Below are positions 44,495-54,841 of a stretch of 64,000 bases of DNA, in pieces. Position 1 is the first letter of the stretch. Each line of letters opens with the position of its first letter. The position numbers and the translations under genes were made by a program. A model generated the notes under the pieces. It was not told the DNA's origin. It did no database searches and worked only from the letters and a program-made list of their open reading frames with translations. Source of the DNA: an uncultured Acidobacteriota bacterium (GTDB lineage: Bacteria > Acidobacteriota > Thermoanaerobaculia > Gp7-AA8); assembly GCA_963741955.1 (NCBI GenBank), contig CAVUKB010000004.1, positions 1-64,000 of the forward strand. Direction: 5' to 3'.

Positions 44495-45235
44495 ATGAGC
44501 CTGAGAAAAGCAATGCAGATTCTCGACCTGTTGAGCCAGCCTCCATTCGAATATCGGGTCGCGGAGATCAGCCAGCAGACTGGAATCAATCGCACCAGCG
44601 TCTATCGCATCCTCCGAACGCTCGCGAACCAGGATTACCTGGTGCACTCTCCTGCGACGAATCGATACAGGATCGGTCCGATGCTTCATCACGTCGGCTC
44701 CACGTACGTGAACAATCTGAACTGGCACGAGAAGGTCGAGGAGACCCTCGACGCGCTGGCGAACGAAACCCGTGAATCGGTCGGATTCGCGGTCCGGGAG
44801 GGGGACCTGGTCATCTCGCTTTACGAGGTCGAGACGCACCAACCGTTCCGAATGAACTACCGGCCAGGGGCGATCTATCCGATGAATCGTGGCTGCTACG
44901 GGAAATGTCTGATGGCGTACCACAATCCGGTACGAGTGGAGAAGCTCTTGCGCTCTCAGAAATTCGAAAAGCACCTGCCGAACACGCTCACGGATTCCGA
45001 TGAGATTCTGGCCGAATACGCGAGAATCAGGGAACAGGGATACGTGATCAGCGATGGCGAGACCTTCAGTCCTTCCGCCGTCGGGGTCGGGGTGCCCATC
45101 TTCAGCCGCGACGGTGAAGCGAGGTCATGCATGGTGGTGGCGTTCATCAAGGGCACCGATTACCAGGAGCGGGTCACGAAGTACCTCGCAGCTCTTCGAG
45201 ACCACGCGGAAAAGCTCTCCCGTTTCATCCCCTGA
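44495..45235 (+). CDS. IclR family transcriptional regulator
   Basis: SLRKAMQILDLL..INRTSVYRILRTL..GKCLMAY..IREQGY. Confidence 0.92.
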   Translation: MSLRKAMQILDLLSQPPFEYRVAEISQQTGINRTSVYRILRTLANQDYLVHSPATNRYRIGPMLHHVGSTYVNNLNWHEKVEETLDALANETRESVGFAVREGDLVISLYEVETHQPFRMNYRPGAIYPMNRGCYGKCLMAYHNPVRVEKLLRSQKFEKHLPNTLTDSDEILAEYARIREQGYVISDGETFSPSAVGVGVPIFSRDGEARSCMVVAFIKGTDYQERVTKYLAALRDHAEKLSRFIP

Positions 45236-45307
45236 ATCCTGCCCCACGTCACCTGCCACGAGCCTCCGCTCGCCCTCCCGCACGGATCGATGAAATATTC
45301 CGCAGCG

Positions 45308-45336
45308 TTGACACCCCGTTCGTGGAGGTGTATACC
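45308..45336 (+). promoter_or_regulatory. Sigma70-type promoter of the TonB receptor operon
   Basis: TTGACA, 17-bp spacer ending in TG, TATACC. Confidence 0.7.
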
Positions 45337-45338
45337 GA

Positions 45339-45374
45339 TGTTCTACTGCTGAACAATTGTTCGCATATCGAACA
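45339..45374. promoter_or_regulatory. Tandem palindromic operator, probably for the adjacent IclR
   Basis: TGTTC-N7-GAACA twice, separated by AT, overlapping the predicted +1. Confidence 0.7.
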
Positions 45375-45437
45375 TGAAGCCAGTATCGCCCCTGGAATGC
45401 TCCATCCGGACCGACCCGGTGAAATAGGAGATGCCGC

Positions 45438-48092
45438 ATGAAACGAACGATTTTGATTCTCATGGCTCTCGTCAACCTGTTCCCACTCATGGCCCGTGCG
45501 CAAGGTGTGCAGTATGGTTCCGTGATCGGAACCGTGCGGGACAACAACGGCGGAGCGCTGCCCGGAGTCACGGTCACAGCGGCGAGTGCGGTGTTGCAGG
45601 GCACGCGAACCGTGGTGAGCGGAACCGATGGGGGATTCCGCATAACTCCCGTTCCTGCGGGTAGTTACACGATCTCGTTCGAGCTGGAGGGATTCCAGCC
45701 GCGGACGGTGAACCACGTGATCGTGAATCTCGGGACGGCGACGGAAGTGAATGCGGATCTATCGATCGGCTCGTACTCCGAATCGATGAGCGTAACGGCG
45801 AATTCGGCGGTGGTGGATACGACGAAGTCGACGGTCGACACCGCGATTCCGTCGGAGCTCGCCCAGACGCTGCCGACGAGCCGGAGCTTCATCCAGTTGA
45901 TGGAGATGGCTCCGAATGTGGAACCAGGCCTGTACGCGCCGCTCTCCGCTGGCCAATCGAATAGCTCGAACCTCTTCCTGGTCGACGGCATCGATACCAC
46001 TGACCCACGGGTTCAGATCTCGGGATCGATGATCAATTGGGACACGATCGCGGCCACCCAGATGCAGACCGCGGGATTCAGTGCCGAGTATGGCCGAGCG
46101 ACGGGTGCGGTTCTGAACCTGGTCACGAAATCGGGAGGAAACGACGTTCGCGGAACGGCGCGAGTCATTCTGTCTCGCGAATCGTGGTCTGCATCGCCTG
46201 GAATCGATCACGAGACGGGCCGGGCGAAGAGCGGCTCTGCGCAGAACGAGGAGACCCGGCCGAGCGTGACGTTGGGTGGTCCCATGATGAGGGACCGCCT
46301 CTGGTTCTTCGGCTCGTACGAGAATCGGGATCAGAGCACGGGTTTCAGCCGATATGCAACGCTCGACGACATTCTGACCGGTCGGCTGAGCCAGGAGCGA
46401 AGTTCTCTGAAAGGGCACTATTCGTCGTTCAAACTGAGCTGGCAGTTGAATCCGCAGCATCAGCTGGTCGGTTTCTACAACGACGATCCGGTGGTGCAGT
46501 CGCACGTGCAGGGCTACATATACGGTCCGATCTACAACCAGGACACCGAGCGAAACCAGTCGATGGGAGGACGAAACTACTCCCTGCAGTGGACGGGGAT
46601 GCTGACACCATCCTTCTTCGTGGAAGCGAAGCTCCAGAAGCACAGGAACGAGGTCACGCTCCGACCCGAATCACCGACCTTCAATCAGGTTCCGTACACG
46701 TATGATCTGGCCTGGGGGTACGCGTCCGGCGGTCCTTCGATCGACTACAGCTCGATTCGCGAGCGCGAGGGCGGTCTCGTGTCGGCGAGCCGCTACTTCT
46801 CTACGGAATCGTTGGGAAGTCACGAGCTGAAGGGAGGCATCGAGTACCTGGATATCGCGCCGAACACGGCCAACGTCTGGAATACTGCCGGTCAGTACTG
46901 GAACTGGCAGGGAAGTCCGTACGTCCGATTCCTCTACAAGGACCAGGAGGGATTCGTCAAGAGTCAGCAGGACTACTCGGCCATGTACGTGCAGGACAAT
47001 TGGACGCTCGGCAAGCTTACACTGAACCTCGGGGTTCGTGCCGAATCGACGACGATCAAGAACAATCGGGGAAAGGAGATCGTCAAGTTCGGATTCGGCA
47101 AAGAGCTCGCTCCTCGTCTCGGATTCGCCTACGATCTGGGTGGCGACTCGATTCACGCCTCGGTCGGCCGCTATTACTATCTCGCAACGAACTACATCGG
47201 TGACGCGTTCAGCCAGACGACGGATCACGTTCAGCGATGGGAATGGAATTACACCTGTAGTCCTGCGAGTGCAGCCTACTACGACCATCCCGACTCCTGC
47301 TGGAACCTGATGTACGACATACCGGTGAATGCCGGAGGCGCGACGATCGACCCGAATCTGAAGCCGGCGTATCTCGATGAAATATCGGTAGGGTACGATC
47401 GACTTCTCCGCGGCGATCTCGCGCTGAGGGCCAACTTCGTCTGGAACTGGCAGGACAATCAGATCGACTGGTACGATCCGACCGGAAGCGGAGTCTACCA
47501 GATCACGAACGTTCCCAAGAAGTCGGATGTCGGCAACAAGAAGTGGAGTGAGTATCAGGCCGTCACGCTGGCGTTGGAGAAACGTTTCGGTCCGGACGGA
47601 CTGCAGTTCCTGGCGAGCTACACCTACGCCCTGAAGAATGATTCGTGGGGTGTCACGTGGCGCGATATCGGACAGTACACTTTTTCCAATCCGGAACTCG
47701 TCGATCCCCAGCGCTACGGGAGAACGCAGTCACCTCACAGAGTGAAGCTCTTCGGGTCGTACAAGATGCCATGGCGTACCGTCGTCGGCCTGAACGCGAC
47801 CTGGTCATCGGGCAATTTGTACACCGCGACGGCTCCCGGCGATTGGGGTTCGGTATTCATCGAGAGACGCGGTTCGTCGAAGGTCGGGTCCAACTGGGGC
47901 GCGGATCTTTACGTGGAGCAGCCTTTCAAGATGGGTCCGTTGACCCTTGCCGGCTACGTGAACGCGTTCAACGTGTTCAACAATCAGCAGGTGACGGCGC
48001 GCGTCTCGAACTCCGCTCTGGCCACCTTCCGGAGTCCCGCGGCGTGGCAATCTCCCCGGCGATTCGAGGTTGGATTCCGACTGGCGTTCTGA
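45438..48092 (+). CDS. TonB-dependent receptor (Oar-like, carboxypeptidase-regulatory N-terminal domain)
   Basis: Signal peptide, GTVRD..GALPGVTVTA, AEYGRATGAVLNLVTKSG, terminal Phe. Confidence 0.92.
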   Translation: MKRTILILMALVNLFPLMARAQGVQYGSVIGTVRDNNGGALPGVTVTAASAVLQGTRTVVSGTDGGFRITPVPAGSYTISFELEGFQPRTVNHVIVNLGTATEVNADLSIGSYSESMSVTANSAVVDTTKSTVDTAIPSELAQTLPTSRSFIQLMEMAPNVEPGLYAPLSAGQSNSSNLFLVDGIDTTDPRVQISGSMINWDTIAATQMQTAGFSAEYGRATGAVLNLVTKSGGNDVRGTARVILSRESWSASPGIDHETGRAKSGSAQNEETRPSVTLGGPMMRDRLWFFGSYENRDQSTGFSRYATLDDILTGRLSQERSSLKGHYSSFKLSWQLNPQHQLVGFYNDDPVVQSHVQGYIYGPIYNQDTERNQSMGGRNYSLQWTGMLTPSFFVEAKLQKHRNEVTLRPESPTFNQVPYTYDLAWGYASGGPSIDYSSIREREGGLVSASRYFSTESLGSHELKGGIEYLDIAPNTANVWNTAGQYWNWQGSPYVRFLYKDQEGFVKSQQDYSAMYVQDNWTLGKLTLNLGVRAESTTIKNNRGKEIVKFGFGKELAPRLGFAYDLGGDSIHASVGRYYYLATNYIGDAFSQTTDHVQRWEWNYTCSPASAAYYDHPDSCWNLMYDIPVNAGGATIDPNLKPAYLDEISVGYDRLLRGDLALRANFVWNWQDNQIDWYDPTGSGVYQITNVPKKSDVGNKKWSEYQAVTLALEKRFGPDGLQFLASYTYALKNDSWGVTWRDIGQYTFSNPELVDPQRYGRTQSPHRVKLFGSYKMPWRTVVGLNATWSSGNLYTATAPGDWGSVFIERRGSSKVGSNWGADLYVEQPFKMGPLTLAGYVNAFNVFNNQQVTARVSNSALATFRSPAAWQSPRRFEVGFRLAF

Positions 48093-48124
48093 TCGAAACG
48101 GCAGCGCAGAGAGAGGAGTGTCAC

Positions 48125-49312
48125 GTGACAAATGTGATCGAGATTCTCCGTGATCTCGTGTCGTTCAATACCGTGAGCAGCAAGCCCACGGCCGGAATCC
48201 TCGAGTACGTCATCTCCCGCCTCGAGAAGGTTGGATTCACCTGCGAGACGTTCGGTGAGGACGGTCGCTTTCAGAACCTCATCGCACGCAATGCGGCCGC
48301 GATCGGGTGGAATCCCGAAGCTCCGCGATATCGGGCATTCTGCGGTCATGTCGATACCGTGCCGTTCGACCGCAACGCCTGGATAAACGACCCGTTCGAG
48401 TTGACCGAGGTCGAAGGCATGTTGCACGGCCTCGGCGCGAGTGACATGAAGGGTGCACTCGCCAGCATGCTGGTTTCGCTGGAGTCGGTAGCAGTGTCGG
48501 ACCCGTCGGCTCCTCTCGCGCTGGTTCTGACGCATCACGAGGAGACCGCTCTGGAAGGGGCGAACGAACTGGTGCGGTCGACTGAGGCGATGGCGCGGCT
48601 CCAGCCCATGCAATTGATCATTGGCGAACCGACCGGGCTTTCCATCGGCTATGCGCACAAAGGAGTGTTCGATTTCAGCGTGACCGTACGGGGAAGAGCC
48701 GCGCATTCGGGGAGTCCTCACCGCGGCCTCAATGCAATTTACGCGGCGTCGGAGATCGTCACGAGTATCGCAGGGCTGCAGGTGCGATGGAACGAGACCA
48801 GCGACCCGCGCTTCGAGTCCGGCAATGCGGTGAATGTGGGGATACTTCATGGTGGAGACGTCCGAAATCGAGTTCCCGATCAGGCTGAACTGGCCGGAGA
48901 CGCCAGACTGCTTCCCGGCACGACCCCTGACGAGGTGATCGGGGTGATCGAACGTGATTGTGAGCGTTTGCGGCACCACGGATTTCGGTGTGATCTGCAA
49001 AAGGATTTTTCCGCCCCCGCATTCGAGATGGATCGTGACTCCGGTTTTATCGCGGAGCTGCACGACATCACGAGGTCGGAGCGGCTGACACTCGGGTATG
49101 CGACGGACGCAGCCGTGCTGCAGGGAATCGGAGGACTCGAGTGCGCCGTTCTCGGCCCCGGCGACATCCGGGTATGCCATATGCCCAACGAGTGTATCGA
49201 GAAGCGGCAACTGGACGCCGCCGTCTCGCTGTATTCGCGTATTCTGCTGAATCAACCGTGCGCGACGGTTTCCGGAGCAACCGTCGACATCGATTCGAGG
49301 AGACCAGCATGA
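48125..49312 (+). CDS. argE: M20 family acetylornithine deacetylase-like amidohydrolase
   Basis: GHVDTVP, GLGASDMKG, HEE, IIGEPT, GRAAHS, HMPNE; GTG start after AGGAG. Confidence 0.75.
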   Translation: MTNVIEILRDLVSFNTVSSKPTAGILEYVISRLEKVGFTCETFGEDGRFQNLIARNAAAIGWNPEAPRYRAFCGHVDTVPFDRNAWINDPFELTEVEGMLHGLGASDMKGALASMLVSLESVAVSDPSAPLALVLTHHEETALEGANELVRSTEAMARLQPMQLIIGEPTGLSIGYAHKGVFDFSVTVRGRAAHSGSPHRGLNAIYAASEIVTSIAGLQVRWNETSDPRFESGNAVNVGILHGGDVRNRVPDQAELAGDARLLPGTTPDEVIGVIERDCERLRHHGFRCDLQKDFSAPAFEMDRDSGFIAELHDITRSERLTLGYATDAAVLQGIGGLECAVLGPGDIRVCHMPNECIEKRQLDAAVSLYSRILLNQPCATVSGATVDIDSRRPA

Positions 49313-49923
49313 GAAGTCCGATACGTGTCGTTTCGTTCGTGGTACTCGTCGTGATGTGGATTTCTTCGGTGTCGGCCGCCGACTCACCGAAGAAACATCC
49401 GGACCGTGTGATGCTGCCGCTTCGTGCGTACCAGCAGACGACTTCCTACACCTGTGGTCCGGCGAGTCTGCTGACGCTACTGCACTACTATGGCCGGGAC
49501 GGTGACGAGATGAAAATCGCGAACGAAGCTCACTGCACCGCCGATAAGGGAACCTCACCAGGCCACATGGTCGAATGGCTCGAGGGTAACGGATTCGATG
49601 TTACGTGGGGCGAGCACGGATCGCTCGAAATGCTTCGCGACAATCTGGATCAGAACATCCCGACGCTCGTCGAGTGGATCGACTATGGCGGACACTGGGT
49701 GATCGTGGTCGGATACGATACGAAGGGAACAGTCTCAGATCGGGACGACGTGATCTATTTCGCCGATCCCGCGGATGGACACGACGGCGACCGCGACGGA
49801 TTGACATCGTTCAATGCGCGTCGCTTCAATGCGATGTGGTTCGATGCCTTTCTGTTCGAACACCCCATGTTCAAAGTCTACATCACCGCGGTGCCGCATC
49901 GCGGGACGAAGGCCGGCAACTGA
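49309..49923 (+). CDS. Exported C39-like cysteine peptidase
   Basis: Signal peptide; QQTTSYTCGPASL, GHWVIVVGYD, FADP. Confidence 0.85.
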   Translation: MRSPIRVVSFVVLVVMWISSVSAADSPKKHPDRVMLPLRAYQQTTSYTCGPASLLTLLHYYGRDGDEMKIANEAHCTADKGTSPGHMVEWLEGNGFDVTWGEHGSLEMLRDNLDQNIPTLVEWIDYGGHWVIVVGYDTKGTVSDRDDVIYFADPADGHDGDRDGLTSFNARRFNAMWFDAFLFEHPMFKVYITAVPHRGTKAGN

Positions 49924-49927
49924 GCGG

Positions 49928-52366
49928 TCAGTTGCCAGCGTGAGCACCGAGCCGCTCGAGCTCATGCTGCGCAGCGACGTCGGCGGGGTCGAGTCGTAGC
50001 GTGCTGCTGAGTTCTCTGCGGGCCCCGTCGACGTCTCCTGTTCTCTCCAGCACGAGGGCGAGATTTCGGTGCGCGGCTGCGCTGTCGGGACTCAGTTCGA
50101 CCGCGCGCTGCAGGCAGGTTCGTGCTTCGGGATATTGCCGCTGCTCGCCGAGAAAAACTCCGGCATTCAGCCAGATAGCCACGCTGTCGGGGAAACGCCG
50201 TCGACCCTCAGCGAAGATCGAGCTCGCTCGATCCAACTGTCCCTTCTCCCGGTAGTCGAGAGCGAGTCGAACGACGTTCATCTCGCGGTCGGCCAGTCCA
50301 CGGTCGACCGCAGACCAGAACTCGCGATCTGCGTCATCATCCAGGCCTTGCCTTCTGTAGAGCAATGAGAGGTTGTGATGGGGTGGTGCGTAAGTGGCGT
50401 CTGATCGGATCGCCCTGCGGAAATCCGCCTCCGCCTCGTCGAGATGGCCCCCGGCCAATTGAGATGTGCCGAGATTGTTCCAGCGGCGAGCCTCGGTCCG
50501 CGACCCTTCCGAGGGGGCGTTCGCGGATTTGCGGTCCGGGGCCGGAGCCGAGCCGAGATACCCGAGGGCACGGAGTTTCGCGAGGAGTTCCTTCTTTGCG
50601 GCGTCCGGCAGGTCGGCGTCGCGCGAAACTGTTCGCGGCAGGAGTGCCGCGTAATTGACAGTGCCGGCATGCCGGCGGACCAGGGGCCCAAGCCATGGGG
50701 GTATCGTTCCTCCGAGCTCCGCACCGGGTGGAAGTCCGGCGATCCTCAGGAGGATCGGAGTCACGTCGACGGGCCGAAGATGTTCACGCGATCTCGTGGG
50801 CGCGATGTCGGGACCGGCCGCTATGAAGACTCCCTGCGGTCGATGCCACCACACCGCGGTCGCTGTATGTGCGCCGGATGCCACCGGAGGGCGGTCCTTT
50901 CCCCAGTGGAATCCATGATCCGAGACGACCACGATGGTGTCCTCGGGCCGGAGGCGTTTCAGGATGGTGCCGATCCACTGATCCACGCTCGCGTAATACC
51001 GATCGACGATTGGGCCGAAGCGGGCGGAATCCGCAATGGAAGCTCCTGGTTGCGCCGGCGGACGATACTTTCCGAAAAGGTGACCAACCGTATCGGTTCC
51101 CTCCAGGTAGGAGAGGATGACGGACGTTCCACGGTCGAGCTCATAATCGGTGAGATGCTCGACTGTCGCGGTGGACGCCAACAATTTCGCCAGACCGGAT
51201 ACGGGCTCGTCCCAGGATGTCTTGCCGCTCCGGATCAGTGTGATCTCGTCGGGCCTCAGGGAGATGAAGGGTTTGAACACCCGAGGATCGAGGCCGGTCA
51301 CGAGCACGCGCATTCGATCGGCGGCTTCGCGCGCGGCGAGAGGCGACGCCATTTTCGGTGCCGTCGTCTCGAGACCCAGAAGCTGTTCCGTCAGACGGTC
51401 CGAATAGATGCTGCAATCCGTAATCTCCCGCGCGGGATAGGTGGCCCACCACCCAACCACCGCGGTTGAACGGTGCGCTGCAGCAGTCATTTCCCACACC
51501 GCCGGGACTTTCCGTGAGCCACTGCCGACCGGCCGGGTCGAGCCGTCCCGCGGGTCCTGCTCCAGAAAATCGAGGACGCCGTGCTTCGCAGGCTCGGTTC
51601 CGGTCGCGAGTGTCGTCCAGATCACCGGTGAGATCAGAGGTGGTGTGGCGTCGAGCTCGGCCTGCGCGCCTCGGCTGCTCAACCGCAGGAGGTTCGGCAT
51701 CAATCCACGGGCCCCCAACTCGTCGACGATGTGCCAGTCGAGAGCGTCGAGACCCAGCACGATCAGCCGTCCGCGGCCGCCCACGAGTGATGCCAGACGC
51801 TTTCGGGCGAGGGCGCGCAATTCGCTGGGCGATGTCGCATGCAGCTCGATTTTCTTGAGGACCGGTCCCGATTTTCCGAGCGAGCCGGCAAGAGTCCTTT
51901 CCATCGACCCGACCTCGGATGCAGGAGCCGAGGGGAAGAGCGTGCGCCATTCGATGGTGGCTTCGGATGCGGCGGAGTTTACGCCGATTCCCCCGAATGT
52001 CTCGCTCATCGATCGTTCGATCCATTCATCGACGGCCGCCTGCCAACCCCGCGCTCGCACGGTCTCCGCGGAAACGGGGAGTTGCCCGGTTCCATCGAGC
52101 CAGAGGGTTGCCCGGATCCCGAGCGAGCTGCTCGACCGAATGACCGTCAGTCCGCCCTCGCGCGGGACGCGGATCCGCCGCGTGAGAATCCAGGGAGAGA
52201 ACGCGATCCGGTGCGGCAGCAGGCGAACCGTTGCTCTGAATCTGCTAACGGCTACCGTCGACGCGTTTCGCGAGGGAATCACGAGAGACGATCCAATGAG
52301 TGCCAGGAGAAGGGCCGTCGCGAATATCAGAATCCATCGACTCCGTCGATGATTGTTGAAGGTCAC
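49928..52366 (-). CDS. Alkaline-phosphatase-superfamily (phosphodiesterase) protein with C-terminal TPRs
   Basis: VLGLDALDW, ISPVIWTTLATG, VVSDHGF, LRALGYL, TPR motifs; N-terminal membrane anchor. Confidence 0.88.
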   Translation of the reverse strand: MTFNNHRRSRWILIFATALLLALIGSSLVIPSRNASTVAVSRFRATVRLLPHRIAFSPWILTRRIRVPREGGLTVIRSSSSLGIRATLWLDGTGQLPVSAETVRARGWQAAVDEWIERSMSETFGGIGVNSAASEATIEWRTLFPSAPASEVGSMERTLAGSLGKSGPVLKKIELHATSPSELRALARKRLASLVGGRGRLIVLGLDALDWHIVDELGARGLMPNLLRLSSRGAQAELDATPPLISPVIWTTLATGTEPAKHGVLDFLEQDPRDGSTRPVGSGSRKVPAVWEMTAAAHRSTAVVGWWATYPAREITDCSIYSDRLTEQLLGLETTAPKMASPLAAREAADRMRVLVTGLDPRVFKPFISLRPDEITLIRSGKTSWDEPVSGLAKLLASTATVEHLTDYELDRGTSVILSYLEGTDTVGHLFGKYRPPAQPGASIADSARFGPIVDRYYASVDQWIGTILKRLRPEDTIVVVSDHGFHWGKDRPPVASGAHTATAVWWHRPQGVFIAAGPDIAPTRSREHLRPVDVTPILLRIAGLPPGAELGGTIPPWLGPLVRRHAGTVNYAALLPRTVSRDADLPDAAKKELLAKLRALGYLGSAPAPDRKSANAPSEGSRTEARRWNNLGTSQLAGGHLDEAEADFRRAIRSDATYAPPHHNLSLLYRRQGLDDDADREFWSAVDRGLADREMNVVRLALDYREKGQLDRASSIFAEGRRRFPDSVAIWLNAGVFLGEQRQYPEARTCLQRAVELSPDSAAAHRNLALVLERTGDVDGARRELSSTLRLDPADVAAQHELERLGAHAGN

Positions 52367-52424
52367 CCCGGAATGTTATTACGTATGACGTTACTTCGCC
52401 AGATGCCTGTCGTTCGGGCCCGTC

Positions 52425-52767
52425 TCCTGTCTCCGGCGGTCACGCCGCGTGCAGAACGGTCGTTGGCTAGAGAGCTTCGGTCTGGCAGGCACGCGGCGCG
52501 CCCGCCGGGATTCGCGTGATCGGCAACGTGAGTTGTTCTTCGTGCGCGCGGGAACCCCGGGTTCCGGCGCAGAGCGCCTTCACCCGGGGCTGGCCCGCAT
52601 TTCTCACACCATCTCTGCTGCGGAGACGGATAGCGGCCTGTCTACTACGTTGCGCATATCTTCGGCTCCTCGACATAGTCACCACTATGCCTTCATCGCC
52701 GAAGCTGCGCGCGCCTTGTATCCAGGCCGCTCTCCGCCTCCTCGCGTCGAGATGGTGTGAGAAATGC
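52425..52767. repeat. REP unit plus MITE D, interrupted by ISL3 copy 4
   Basis: Same modules as the 41.8 kb array; the right TIR TGTGAGAAATGCGGGCTA is split by the IS. Confidence 0.8.
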
Positions 52768-54351
52768 GGATCTCCTAACAGGTGTGTAGCAGAGTTCATA
52801 GGCCGAGAGGATGGAATGCGATTGCTGACGTACAGAGGAACGCCATTGCGATCAGAGCTTCCGCGGTGTGAAAGCCGAAAGCGCGGTGACTGAGCATTCG
52901 GATCTTGTTGTTGCAGCCTTCAGCAACTGCATTCGTGAGTCGATACTCGAAGTAACGGCGGATGCCAGGCCATTTCGCCGCGACGGTTCGCGCGAAGCGA
53001 ACGAGGGGTTGAATGCGGCTATGAACCGCGGACTGATACCAGCGCTTGAACCGTCGATCAGCTTGGCGGACGGACGAGGAGTCATAGATGTCCTGAAAGG
53101 ATTCCTTGACCAGGTAACTGCGAAAGAGGGTGTGATTCATCCGCGCGAGCTCCGAGAGTTTCGCCTCCTCGGCATCACGCAGGTTCCAGGGGTTCTTCAG
53201 GAGGACGAACCGAGTGGATTTGAGAGCGGAGCGCTCCTCGCCGGTGGCCTTTCGCATCTCGTCCCGCCTCACCTGATCGATCGCATTCCCGAGGAGTTGG
53301 ACCACGTGGAATCGATCGAAAACGACCTCGGCGTTCGGCAGTCGGTCGCGAACAGCTTTCTCGAAGGCCGCGCTCATGTCGATGCTCACCAGACGGATTC
53401 GCGCGCAGCGCTCGGGGCCGAGCAGATCGAACAGCCCGTCGAGAACCTCTGCACTTTTACCCTTCGCCGCCCAGATCATCTGCCCGGTCTCGTGGTTCGT
53501 GACCACGGTCATGAACTTCTTCGGCCGCCCCCAGCAGATCTCGTCGATGCCGATCCGGGTCAGATTCTCGAGCGCGTTCGGGTCGCGTTTTTCGGCAACC
53601 ACTCGAGCGGCGATCCGTCCGGCCGTGAGCCAGCTGACCTTGAAGTACGCCGAGACCGCGGTTTGATTGGATCGCTGCAGAAACCAGGCAAGCTCGTCTT
53701 CGAACGCGCGGGTGAACATCGAACCAGGCCGTGCCCACGGAACCGCGGCCGTTCGCACCCCGCAGCGGCGGCAACGCACCCGCGGCAGATCCGCCCGCAG
53801 CATCACCCGGCATCCCCAGAGGCCGAGATGACGCCATTCGCGATGCTTCATCACCGTTCCGTGAAGCTCGGGAGCAACCCGTCCGCACCCTCCGCACCGC
53901 GGACGTCTCCACGTTGGACTCACGTCGAGATAGAGACTCCGAGCTTCGAACCGAACCCCGCGAACCGTTACGTTTGCCATGTTGAGCAACTTCCGGAACA
54001 ATGTCGTCAGGCGCACCGTGCCTGTCCTCCCCGTGTCTTGGTTTCATCGACTACAGACTACGGGAAATGGGCAGCACGGTTCGCCGATTCCAACCTGCTA
54101 TCGCTGCTTCGATCTTCACCTCTCCACGAGCAGCGACTTTCGGGGCTCCTTCAGATCCTTCCGCGACGGCGGGGCAAGTTGTGGGAACGGCGGAAAACGC
54201 GGCGGCCGGGTGGCGGCGTTTTCCGCGGTTTCCACAACTTCGCTTTCCGAACGCTTCGGCGAACACCGACTTGCTCCTCGAAAACAGCCGCGTCGCCGTT
54301 CCTGCATGCCTCCGACAATCATTCCGCACCTACACACCTGTTAGGAGAACC
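52768..54351 (-). mobile_element. ISL3-family IS, copy 4, with 8-bp target duplication AGAAATGC
   Basis: 1584 bp with IRs; one visible synonymous difference near 53312. Confidence 0.95.
52796..54016 (-). CDS. ISL3 transposase
   Basis: Identical 406-aa protein. Confidence 0.95.
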   Translation of the reverse strand: MRLTTLFRKLLNMANVTVRGVRFEARSLYLDVSPTWRRPRCGGCGRVAPELHGTVMKHREWRHLGLWGCRVMLRADLPRVRCRRCGVRTAAVPWARPGSMFTRAFEDELAWFLQRSNQTAVSAYFKVSWLTAGRIAARVVAEKRDPNALENLTRIGIDEICWGRPKKFMTVVTNHETGQMIWAAKGKSAEVLDGLFDLLGPERCARIRLVSIDMSAAFEKAVRDRLPNAEVVFDRFHVVQLLGNAIDQVRRDEMRKATGEERSALKSTRFVLLKNPWNLRDAEEAKLSELARMNHTLFRSYLVKESFQDIYDSSSVRQADRRFKRWYQSAVHSRIQPLVRFARTVAAKWPGIRRYFEYRLTNAVAEGCNNKIRMLSHRAFGFHTAEALIAMAFLCTSAIAFHPLGL

Positions 54352-54826
54352 AGAAATGCGGGCTACTGTCAATCGTGCCTCCGGCACTGGGAGTGGCGCG
54401 AGAGGGGGTGGGCGCGTGGTCATGGGATCGAGTGACCGGAGTTCGGGAGCAAAGGGCATGGAGCGTTGCGCCGTGCGTTGGGGCAACCAAAGTTTTGGAG
54501 TGCGGATGATCCGGGCGAGCGGGGCGACGGGGGCGAACATTCCGCGAACACGGACACGGGTCCTTGAAACTTCGGCCACAGGGCTTCACCCGGGGTTGCT
54601 CGTAATCGTGCCTACGGCACTGGGAGTGGCGCGAGTGGGAACGGGCGTGCCTCGTGCGTTGGGGCAACCAAAGTTTTGGAGTGCGGATGATCCGGGCGAG
54701 CGGGGTGACGCGGGCCAACATTTCGTGAACACGGGCACGGGTCCTTGAAACTTCGGCCACACGGCTTCTTGCATCCAAGCCCGCTTCGCACTCCTCGCGA
54801 CGAATTCCGCTGAATAGTCCGGGCTG
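54352..54826. repeat. Continuation of the composite repeat array (two related units of about 180 bp)
   Basis: GGGCAACCAAAGTTTTGGAGTGCGGATGATCCGGGCGAGCGG..GGTCCTTGAAACTTCGGCCAC occurs twice. Confidence 0.7.
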
Positions 54827-54841
54827 ACGCTTGTCAGGATC

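Noticed and set aside
8709-54351. Composite transposon formed by ISL3 pairs
   Set aside because: Copies 3 and 4 each have their own target duplication, so they are independent insertions
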